Of a stretch of DNA of 64,000 nt, positions 38,987 to 49,639 are shown in pieces; position 1 is the first letter of the stretch, and each line of letters opens with the position of its first letter. This DNA comes from Bispira polyomma. Taxonomy: Eukaryota. The notes below the pieces were generated by a model, which was not told the origin of the DNA, searched no databases, and was given only the letters and a program-made list of their open reading frames with translations. The position numbers were made by a program, and so were the translations under genes. The stretch is from NCBI GenBank assembly GCA_965649765.1, contig OZ287752.1:52700001-52764000 (forward strand). Reading direction: 5' to 3'.

Positions 38987-39964
38987 GTGCAAACCACTTC
39001 ACACAGAACTTCACCAACTCAGCCTGGAGAAGAATAGGTTCTGCATTAAGGCCCAACACTACAGCTACCTACAATAATCAATTCAGAACATTTACATCAT
39101 TCATGTGTTACGCAGGAATACAAACAATGAATACTCATGCATTCATAGCCTTTCTTGAATACCTTGTTCAGAACGGTTCTTCACCAAGCATGATAAACAA
39201 CTACATTGCTGCCATAAAACATATGGCTAAGAAACTATATTTTGATTTAAGCATATTTGAGAACAACATAGTCTCAATGTTTACAAGGAGCTTGGCTCAT
39301 ACTTCAGGTTTTAGACCCAAACCCAAGGGAATCTTTGAAATACGTCACATTTTCCTCATTTCAAAGGCTTGTGAAATTTTGGATGACCCTCCTTTGTTCA
39401 GAGCTATTTTTCTGTTAGCATTTTTTCGGGTTTTTGCGAATCTCCAACATAGCCCCCCATTCCAGAGCAAAGTTTGATCCAACCCGCCATTTTCTGAGGA
39501 AAGATGTAGTATTTGGTTATCCGGGGGCACATATAATCCTTAAGTGGGCCAAAAATTTCCAAAACAGAACAGACACACATATCATACAGGTACCTCTCCT
39601 TGAGAATTCCATTTTATGTCCAGTTAAGGCACTTCAGGAGTTAATGTCATCTAGGCCACTGGAGGAACATAAACCTCTTTTTGTTAACATACAGCAACCA
39701 CATTATGTGATTATTGAGTCACACGTTAGATCTGCTTTAGCTGCAGTATTACAACACATAGGCATTCCATTAGAATCACACAGTTTTCATACCTTTAGAA
39801 GGTCAGGGGCTACATACGCGTTTAATAACAACGTCTCATTGCAGAACATAATGGCCCACGGCCTTTGGAGATCATCAGCCGTGTGGTCATATTTACACAA
39901 AAATTCTCAAGCTATTTCTGCAATCCCACTCACTTTTGCTTCTTCTATTCCCTCCTTTTCTTAG
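38987..39964 (+). CDS. Tyrosine recombinase (one extra T in the T-run 39421-39426 splits the frame)
   Basis: N-terminal ALRPNTTATY...F..F; catalytic set R (LRISN), K (KWAK), HxxR (HTFRR), W (HGLW), Y (VWSY). Removing one T restores LLAFFGFLRISN. Confidence 0.9.
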
Positions 39965-39971
39965 TTTGGCT

Positions 39972-40391
39972 TGGGTCCTTTTAAAATTGAGGATATGTAT
40001 TTTAAAAACCTCTCTTTTACCTTATATTTTAACCCTACCTGTAAATAGATATATATGAAACATATAAACTAACATGTACAGGAAAATAAAGTCCTCAAAC
40101 ATTAGTTTTACTATCTTTGGAAACTTACACCACTGGACATCTAACCTATCACATTTTCATTTGACCTTTACCAAATTGAACTGTGCAGAGCACGACCCAA
40201 CAGGGGTCTGCTAGTTCAGTTCAATAGTAAAGCATATACCTTAACCCCTGGCGATTAACCAGTATACTACTGTCCTCTAACTTCATAATCTCTCGACCAA
40301 TCAGAAATGATGCTACAGCAAGCAGGCTAATTTATGTGTGGTCATTCTTCCATTTTGAAAAGGAAACTTCAACTGACAACACGAACAATTT
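39972..40391 (+). repeat. B1/A2 junction of the split direct repeats (overlap ACTG)
   Basis: B1 39972-40183 equals B2 41262-41473; A2 40180-40391 equals A1. Confidence 0.95.
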
Positions 40392-40423
40392 CCCACCCCC
40401 TCCCCTTTACCACAGCTTCATCT

Positions 40424-40458
<35 letters not shown>

Positions 40459-40627
40459 TAGGGCCTATCTAGGTCATTATAGTAAATGTTGTTACACAAA
40501 GTTGGCACTATGAAGGATTTAGGCTAATTTTGTTTACGAATATAATGATTGTTGATTTCATTTACACTTATGCAACATTAGGCTTAGCCATTCTCCTGAA
40601 ACTGATTTCCATGATAAGCTTTACCTA

Positions 40628-40847
40628 GGTAACTTACGTGCAACCTCCATGGATTCGACCCCTGGTCCGTGTGGTACTGGTTCCCAGCTTGCAACTACCC
40701 CCTGGTGTGGGCTACCGGGGATTAAAGCTCTGCAGTTGGGAACCTTTATTGCTAGGCGACTAGGTGCCGTAGGACCTGGGTTCTAACCTAGGAGGTGGTT
40801 TTCGTTGAGATGGTAATAGTTAGTCATGAGGTATGGCGAATCCATTG
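40628..40847 (+). ncRNA. Candidate conserved structured RNA element in the Ngaro A2-B2 spacer
   Basis: Nested stems P1/P2/P3 plus junction motifs shared with the minus-strand element at 63416-63661 (see findings). Confidence 0.65.
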
Positions 40848-41261
40848 TTTATGCTGTTTTAGCCACATTTATGTAAACAAAAGTTTACTATGGTAGAATT
40901 GAGGTCCGTTGATACATATAGAGTGTGAGAGTATAAAACTTTCTTTTAAATTGCTTTCATTGTGCATAAATAGTAGGCTATGGTTGTTCAGTATTTGGTT
41001 TACCAAACACATTTGTGATTGGAAAGTTGACGTCGCTGAATGTAACATTATGACTATGGTGTTTATTATTTTATGATATATAGAACTATCGTATGAACTT
41101 GAATTTATGGACTGTGACAATGTTTAGTCTTAGCGTTTATTAGAAATGGTAATAGGGTACTATTTCTTTAATTTTGACTTGTTTATTCTAGTCTTTCAGT
41201 TAATTGGTTCTTAATTATACTGTTATTATTTGTAGTCTTTTGACTTGTTGCACACTTGTGC

Positions 41262-41473
41262 TGGGTCCTTTTAAAATTGAGGATATGTATTTTAAAAACC
41301 TCTCTTTTACCTTATATTTTAACCCTACCTGTAAATAGATATATATGAAACATATAAACTAACATGTACAGGAAAATAAAGTCCTCAAACATTAGTTTTA
41401 CTATCTTTGGAAACTTACACCACTGGACATCTAACCTATCACATTTTCATTTGACCTTTACCAAATTGAACTG
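41262..41473 (+). repeat. Split direct repeat B2 (212 bp)
   Basis: Identical by eye to B1; contains AATAAA. Confidence 0.95.
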
Positions 41474-44400
41474 ATACAGTAAACTGAAACACTGAAATAA
41501 TATTTTTGAAGGTAATTCTATGTGAAATTTTTATACTGTTTTATGTTCTCACTTACTTCTTTATCTGTAACTTGGTTTTACATGTAAATATATTGGCCCA
41601 AAGCCTAATAAAGCTAACTAACAATATGTAACTGAGCTAAATTGTAGACTAATTGCCCATTAATTAGTAGTTTAATACAAATGGCATAGTAACAAAATAA
41701 CATTTTCTATTGTTACTATTTTCCAGTGATTTCTGTAACATGAGTTATTCAGTTACAATGAGGAGATATCGAACAGAATCGTACCAGACTACATGCTTTT
41801 ATTACACATCCTGTGGGTTTTGGGGATGGAGTAGATGCAGGTAATAACATATGTTACATCATCAAAGATAAATATTCAATAATAGTCAGTTCTTTATGAT
41901 GCCTTAGGGTTTTTAACACTGTACTAATGGTTCTTTTGCAACAAAACATTGCTCACCATTTAATGCTGCCTTTAAAAAAAAATGAACATAAGTTATCACC
42001 AAGAAACAGTCATTCTGAAAAGTGGTTATTGTGGAGGGTATGAAAACCTAAACGATGTTATTTGGTTTGGGCATCGAAACAAACAAACAACATGGATGTA
42101 TTTCAAAACACAGTGATTTGGATTCCATGTAATTATGATAGTGTTTTAGAATACAAATCAACGGGCTTCTTTGCTAATTTAATTGACTTTCTATGATTTG
42201 CTGGAAAAGGCACATTACAATGATCAAATACTTTTTTATTTGCACTTTGCACAATTTCTTTGTGAACATATATTTTGTGGTGCACACTGATCAAATAAAC
42301 AATTTAAAATTGCTATGAACAAAGATCATGTCAAGATTTTAATAATCTTTTCTGTATTTCTACCCCAGGAGAAGCAGATCCTGCACTAAGTATAAAACAG
42401 TGGGTTATTATGTCCCAGAGACAAGGACGAGAATCATTTGCTGTGAAGGGTTTTCTGGAGCCAACTGTGACTTAGGTTAGTATTGTGTATTACCTTGTCT
42501 TAGTGCTGTAACTGCAGGTTAATTCCGTGTTCACCTGTTCTGGTAATAGTCAGTGTTATCCTGGTATCTGTTCAAACATCAGCAGTATATGCGAATGGTG
42601 CTCTGACTTTTCTGGTCCATTCTGTAATGATAGTAAGTTGAGTTTAAATGATTACCGTTAGGGTCCAAAAAATAGGCCATTGGGGAACAGTATTAAATAG
42701 TCTTTTGATGAGAACCAATGCTAGATTGCAGGACTATCCTTTTTTTCTGAGAAGAAGTGCTTTTAGTTTGCTTTGTCACCAATTTAGTACTATAAAATAT
42801 ATATCTCAAATAAATTGTCTCTAAATATTTCACATATTGAAGTAACAAATATATTATTAGTTCCATAAATGTTCATGTGTATTGGATGTCTAATTAAGGA
42901 ATGAGTTGGCACCAATTTGGTGCTATAAAATATACATTTCAAATAAAAAGTAGTCAATTTATTTTTTTATCTACATATTGCACATATTGAACAAAACAAA
43001 TACATTTCAGGTTCCATAAATGTACTTGTATATTATTCGTCTGATAAACTAATACTATTCTGCTTATGGATGGCTATATTTTGGTCTGTGACCTTACAAA
43101 TAGTTGTAATTTAGCCTGACTAAAGACTGCCTGATAACCGAAAGTTTTAGTACTTCTAATTTATTGTTGTTGTAAATTGTAGTGGAGGATGGCGGTATGT
43201 TTAAGTCCTGTGGCCTTGCCTTAGAAACACAACAGGCAAATGAGTTTGCTACAACTGTTGGAAACTGTGTACAGCCCGGTAATGACAACTCCTATTACTC
43301 TGATATGGACTCACTAAGTGCAGTTGTACTGAACTATGACCTGGCTTATATCACACCATCTGCTGTTGCCCCTCTGCCTAGTGACACTATAGAGGCAGCA
43401 CTTGGACTGGTAGAATCTTATGCACAGCTGACAATACTTGATAAAAGTATGTTATTTCATAATTTTTTGTAAATAAGTTGTTTTTTACTATTATTTTTGT
43501 ACATAGTTCAAAAAGTTACAAGCAGAATAACAATAAAATATTGACTCTTAGATGAAACATTTAAGATGTTGTCAAGTTATTATGTATTAAGCAAATTCAG
43601 ACCAACTAGGATATACAATACTTAGATAAGATCCACTTTTTGATTATTCAGACAGCCAAAAGTATAGTCATCCACCATATTAAGAAGTTTACATTACTTC
43701 CAAATCAAAATATTTTAGTGCTTTCATAATTTTACCTATTTTTGTTAATATCAGTAGCCTTACGATGGGCCTTCACTGAACAACTGCTACCTACCAGCTA
43801 ACTTTACTTCTCATCAAACGCAAGAGTGGTAGTTAGATACAAATTTTACTCTACGTGTATGTACCAACAGTGGTTATAAGTAATAAAATATACTTACAGA
43901 CCTGACAACAGTTTGGGGCCCACAACAAATCCCCTGCAGTGCTGACGGCAGTTCAGGCCAGGGAGATCCCAGCCCTGACAATCCTTACCAGTCTTTACAA
44001 TGCCACAACATGAGACATGAGGTGGTGGATATGCCAACAATAGAAGATAGAGATATCTTGAAGGCTGAGGTTGTGTCCAAGACAGGTGGATACAAGAAGT
44101 ACCTGAATGCCACAAATGCTGTGCTGACGAGCTATTATACAGGAAGCACATCAAAGAGGGAGGTACAGGTCATCTTTGATCTGCAGCCCTCTAGCCAATG
44201 TCTGTGGAAACACAATCCCTAATGACATACATCTACTGATCATATACAATTGACATTCTTGAAAGAAGCTGCTGTAGGCTTGAGTTACTGTAAAAATTAC
44301 AACAAAGTTTTAGGATAGGAGATGAAACATTCAGGAACTCAGATTATGGTATATTTCTAATTTACTGTATAATAAATTTGCAACAGACTAATTGTAGATT

Positions 44401-45577
44401 TGAGGTATGTTTATGTACTAGTTTAGTTTCACTAAAATATGGGAAAATAAATAATTGGTGATGTGTCAATATATAATAGTATGACCTTACATATTATGTA
44501 AATATTACATCGTTGGTAGCGGTGGTGGTTGTGTGCAGTGTTGTGTTATTTTATATCTCGGATTAATATTTCCAAACCCAATGTATTATTATGAACTACT
44601 ACAGAATATGAAATTATAGGAAGGAACTCCCGTTAACAGTCAGAAAATTGAAAGTATATGAGTGCAGTAAATTCAATAGTTAGACAACAAAATTAGATAT
44701 TGTAAATGTTAGTTGTTTGAGAGTGTAGCTCTAACGATTAGGCTTCATTCAGTATCAGTGTTAATAAATGTACATAAATAAAATTTTAGAAACATATTTC
44801 CACACTTCAAATTGGTGTGTTACTCTATGCTATAATGTATCATGAACTTTGTGTCATGAAAATACCATTGGTTACTCCTAAAGTATTTAGTGGTAGCTTC
44901 TTTCATGTTTACTTAATAGATATACATGCACTATGTTGACAGTATATTTCTGATCTTTAACACACATAAGACGTAACAGAGTCAAGACTGGAATGTTGCT
45001 GTTAACGCAAGAAATGTTACTACATGTAAATTTAATGTGACACAAACTTATATCAAGAAAATTGCATAGTTTTAAGTTGTTACAGCACGCAGCCTAACTC
45101 AGCAGAATACGATTTCAACATAAAGATTATCCCTCACACATTGTGAAAAACATTATTTTGACACCAATTATAATGGATGATGTTCACAGAATTGGTCATT
45201 ATGAATATTGACTGGCTTATTGGGTGTTATCAGGTATATGCGCTTTCCCGTGTTCCTATAGAGATATATCTGAACCTGCTTACTACTACTACTACATTGT
45301 ACTTACTAAAACGTCTAATTTTCATGTGTCCTATAACAATGCCAGCTCCCAGTTTTACCACAGCACGGTGGTATTGTTATTGTCGAAACCCATCCATTCA
45401 CATCGTCAAAATACATTCAGTGGGTGGACATTTTACTCCTGCTCGAGTGGAAGGTCAACATTACTACTGTTAAAAAGCCAAATGTGCCTTACAATATCGC
45501 AGTCCACTGGAGGTTGGAGATATAAACCAAGGTGAAGTTAGTAAAGGCAATTTATTATATATGTACAGCTTTCCTAA

Positions 45578-47170
45578 GGGTACTGTTCCACTTAGCCGAT
45601 CGATCAGGACAAGGCCTCGATAATTTGATCGTGGGGATTTTACCCCATTGTGTCCCTTTCTGTGTTAAAAAACCCGAGAAAAATGTGGATCCCCCGATTA
45701 CACAGATAGTAATTAACGACTGAAAAGGTAAGTCATACACAAGGCCTGATTTTTTTTTGCATTGTTAACAATCGGTCCGATTGGTTGTAATAACCAAAGA
45801 TCTGTGACCTGACCGCCCCAACTGACCATGATAAGTCGCTCCAGCTAGTAGTAATAAAAAAAAGTCGTAACCACACCCCAAGTAATTGTTTGTACCTAAT
45901 GATAACGTGGCCCCCTTCTGACTGTTCCTGACCAAATCCTGGTCATTCACACTCAGGCAAACCTCAAAACGTCAAAATTGCCCCAATAAACTATATCAGT
46001 TTTAATTGTTCAGTCAAGTGAAAGAGATGGTTTCATAAAGATTAATAGAAATTGCAAGAGGTTTCCAAAGTGTACTTGCCTAAATCCAACTACAAGCAAT
46101 GGCTATTATGGACATTAAAAGAAGAAGGGAGTCAGAAAATCCAGATGTTCAAAGGAAAGTGGGCAAAAAAGGGCAAGACATAGACTCTGGGACAGACTAT
46201 GACTTACAGAAAGGGAAGAATATGGTCACTTCATAGCACTTCTGCCATGCATGGAAGAGCAGGATCTCCAGTTTACAGGAATTTTCTGAGGATGCCCCCA
46301 TAATTATTCCAGAAAATGGAGATGAGGGTGGGGCACAGGATACAGAAACAGATCACCTGTTTCAGGAAACCAGTTTCCCCTTGACTCAAGATAGCTATCA
46401 CTTATAGACATTTGGCAACTGGAGAGTTATACACATCACTGTAGTACTCTTTTGTAGTGGCAGATCAAGCATCACCACGTTTGTGTCACAGGTTTGCCAG
46501 GCCATCATTGATGAGTTCTAAGAAGAATTTCTGTCCTGCCCCACCACCCCACAGAACTGAAAAAAAGTTAAGTTTGTCTTCAGAAACACATGGAATATGC
46601 CATAGATGGGAAACATATTGCCATTTGACGTCCAAGAAGAAGGGCAGTGAATATTTCAACTACAAGGACTTCCACTCCATAATGATGACAACCTTGGTGG
46701 ATGCAGAATACAGGTTCCTAGGGGTCGACCTGGGATCTAGTGGCTGCAGCTCAGATTCTCAGATATTTAATAAAGGTCAGAACTAAAGGAGAAGATAAAA
46801 GATTAGTCTATCATCTTTCTCCCTCCTGATGCAATAAGCCCTTTTAGGAAACCCATCCCCTACTTTACCCTTGGAGATGATGCGTTGCAATGACGACCCA
46901 ACTCATGAAGCCCTTCTCCAGACGAGGGATGGACCCAAAGTGGAGGATTTACAACAGCAAAGATTTCCTGTGGGAGAAGAGTGGTAGAGATTTGCTTCGG
47001 AATCCTAGTTCAGAGGTTCAGGGTTCTACTCTCTAGCATGCAACTGGGACCACCAGTGGTAGCCTGTGTCGTCCTACACAATATGATGAGAACCGCTACT
47101 ATAAACCAGGGAATACAGCACCAAAATGCAGAAGACAACCCACTCAAGGAAATGGCCTTTTTTATTGCTG
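45578..47170 (+). mobile_element. Decayed PIF/Harbinger transposon (left end + transposase pseudogene)
   Basis: TAA then TIR-like GGGTACTGTTCCACTTAGCCGATCGATC. Fragments RNFLRM, GSEYFNYKDFHSI..LVDAEYRF..VDLGSSG.SSD.QIF, GDDA, VE.CFGIL..RFR, ACVVLHN, with frameshifts. Confidence 0.85.
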
Positions 47171-47554
47171 ACCAGGTGGGATGCTTCTCTCCTGAATTGT
47201 GTGAAGTACTGGTAGGGATGTTTGTCCGCTTAAAGAGTGAGCGAGTTGAGGAAAGCATAATTGTAATGGTCGCTGGCATTGTATATATTGTTTTCACAGT
47301 GTCAATTTAAACACAGTTTAAGATGCATTTAAGAGTAGTTGTATTGTAAATGCAACTAATTATATTGTATACTGATGATAGGTTTATGGCATTTTATAGG
47401 TCTGAGTAATGCCATAGAATATGGGGTGAATGCTAGTCTTGTATAGGTTAGATCAATGGTAAAATTCAATCAGACACCATTTATGGTGTATTTACAGCCA
47501 ATTTGTGTTATATGACACAGCGTAGTTTGGAACAGCCTACGTGATCATGTTCGC

Positions 47555-47780
47555 CTGGCTCAAACTTTCTCCTCTTTCAGGAGTAAGCTGAAGGCCTATC
47601 TTTTTGAACAGGCTTTTCCACCTTAGCCGTCACAACCATTTAAGGTAGTCTCCCTGGTTACGACTTCCATCCGCCCACTATTTTTGATTTGCGATTAACG
47701 TTTTGGGTTTGTTGCGCTTTAGAATTTGTTGTACAAAGATTAAGCGCTATAAAAGTACGACTAGATTAGATTAGATTAGT
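47555..47780 (+). mobile_element. L2 LINE 3' end
   Basis: FRSKLKAYLFEQAFPP* then a 3' UTR ending in (ATTAG)n. Confidence 0.8.
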
Positions 47781-49003
47781 AGTTATATATATATATATAG
47801 TTTAAGTTATCAGGTCACTTTTTATTGAGTGTATGGCAAATGACAAACATCCTACTATTTACTTTGCTAATGTTTTATGTAACTTTATTTTATAATTTAC
47901 TATACATGTACACACAGCCATTTATCGGCGTTAGTTTATGTATACTGATTGTTAGATTTTATTTATTTTTTATTTAGATGCTTAAATATGTTTAAATACA
48001 TAGAAAAACACGAAAGTATCAATGTTTTTGTGGATATTTAAAAAATACTAACTATTTCTGCCAAAATGTCAAAATTGTAAAAAAAAAGGGTTTTCTATTA
48101 TCTGATTTACATAGTTTTAAGTGACAACCTAAACGTATTCTTTTTAAATGCTTGATGTTTTCCCACAAGGAAGTAAATTAAACGTTTAGATTAGTTCTGC
48201 CTTGTGCCAAGTTTAACATTATTCCAACCAATCAGTGAATGCTTACAAAATACCTTTGTCTGGGAGATATCATTTTGTGTATACCTCACTATAAATATAA
48301 GGTAATGTAACACCTGGGCCGGTATATATCATTTGGCATTTTAAAGTTACCCCACTTTTACAGTACCCCCTGGTACTTTAAAATCACTTTTACAGGTGGG
48401 TTAATATAAAACTTATGTTAAGCTTCCCCTAATCTTATGTAGCATTAGTGGTGGAGTGTGTATCACATTTTTGATATAGTCTTATTAAAATAAACTTTGT
48501 TTAACCAATGCATATAGGCTTTAATGAAACTGAACATAATACTATACACTTAGTAATTATAATGAGAATTATATTGATGTGAATGCAAGACTGTTAGAAA
48601 TAGGGAATAGCTTAAAAAAAATTAAAATTTAATGGGGTAATTTCACATCTTCTTTGGTCTTTTATCTTTTCCTGAAGAAATATTTAAGGAAGTTTTTAGA
48701 TTGCACTTATGTGCGAGCGGTGTGAGAATTCTGTGCGAAGCCTGCCCCAACCATCAAAAATTATCTATATAAAAATATACATTACAACTTTATCTTGCAT
48801 CTTTATGAGGTAAATCTAGTTTGGTGAAATCGTAACACGAGATCGCAAAAGTGGGACCCACAGTGATTTTAATTAGGGCGAATAAATTAAGTAACAAACA
48901 TTTTGTAACAAATCAGGGCAACACTGACCTCAGTGAAGCCTGGCCGGAGCCATTTCAAGAAGTAAAGAGAAACGTCTTCAATATAAGCCTAACACCAGAC
49001 TAA

Positions 49004-49342
49004 AGGGCCCTACAGACGGCCCACGACACAACACTACAAACAAATATAAATGAGACAACATTTATTGATTATTCAGACTAATTACAGCACGACACTGCAG
49101 CACATTACACGGAAAATATATCTCTAAAAATATGTTGTGTCGTTGGAGTAATGTAATATGTAGCAAAAGTATTAAAAGGAAAGGGTGCATTCAAACATTA
49201 CCATAAGAAGTGTTATTATTATATGTATTATGTAGTGATGTGTCGTGTTTGATGTGAATAGTACTGTCTTGCAGTAATGTGTCGTCATCCGATGTACTGT
49301 GGTATAGTGTGGTGCTGGGTTGTCCGCGTTCTGTAAAGCCCT
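49004..49342. mobile_element. Tourist/Harbinger-type MITE
   Basis: TIRs AGGGCCCTACAGA / TCTGTAAAGCCCT, TAA on both flanks (49001-49003, 49343-49345), subterminal ACGACAC/GTGTCGT repeats. Confidence 0.75.
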
Positions 49343-49639
49343 TAAGACCTTTTATGAATACCATTGGGACTTCTACGTTACCTCAGTCAGAGTTTAGCAT
49401 GGCTTGCAACAATAATGTGTCATATTACGGCATACTAAAAACTCAAAAAATAAATTAAACACATGAGCAATAAATAAAACAAACATCTTGGCAATGGGCC
49501 AAGAAACCGTCAAGATAATTTAATCAATGACATGTTTACAATGTTAAACACATGCTAAAAGGATCGAACAAGTGTATTTGGGTTTTGGTGGTAAAATTTG
49601 GCAGTAAACTTCCTTAAAAGCTGTTGAGGTTCTTGGTGA

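Larger units (their letters stand above)
34445..41473 (+). mobile_element. Full-length Ngaro-type (DIRS order) tyrosine-recombinase retrotransposon
   Basis: Split direct repeats A1 (34445-34656) ... B1 (39972-40183) A2 (40180-40391) ... B2 (41262-41473). Encodes gag, RT/RNase H and YR; no methyltransferase or DDE integrase seen. Confidence 0.95.
34030..44222 (+). pseudogene. Truncated paralog of the EMI/EGF receptor (pseudogene or 293-aa secreted form), head-to-head with the full gene
   Basis: Exons: 34030-34103 (signal peptide MDIFWFPCSGLMALILLSFAQMVNG), 41727-41840 (..CFYYTSCGFWGWSRC), 42369-42475, 42531-42632 (EGF, acceptor AG absent), 43183-43446 and 43900-44222 (stop after FDLQPSSQCL). 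Exon lengths 114/107/102 and intron phases match the minus-strand gene. The first EGF exon and everything after exon 7 were not found. Confidence 0.85.

Noticed and set aside
39421-39426. Programmed frameshift in the recombinase
   Set aside because: A single extra T in a homopolymer inside a conserved motif; a mutation or assembly error is more likely.
40628-40847. Known small ribozyme (hammerhead, HDV-like, twister, pistol) or group I/II intron core
   Set aside because: No CUGANGA/GAAA core, no HDV nested double pseudoknot that I could build in both copies, and no group II domain V or group I P7. Left unassigned.
40392-41261. Extra protein-coding ORF (e.g. hydrolase) in the Ngaro spacer
   Set aside because: No sense ORF of useful length; the shared ATGGCGAAT opens only short, non-homologous peptides in the two elements.
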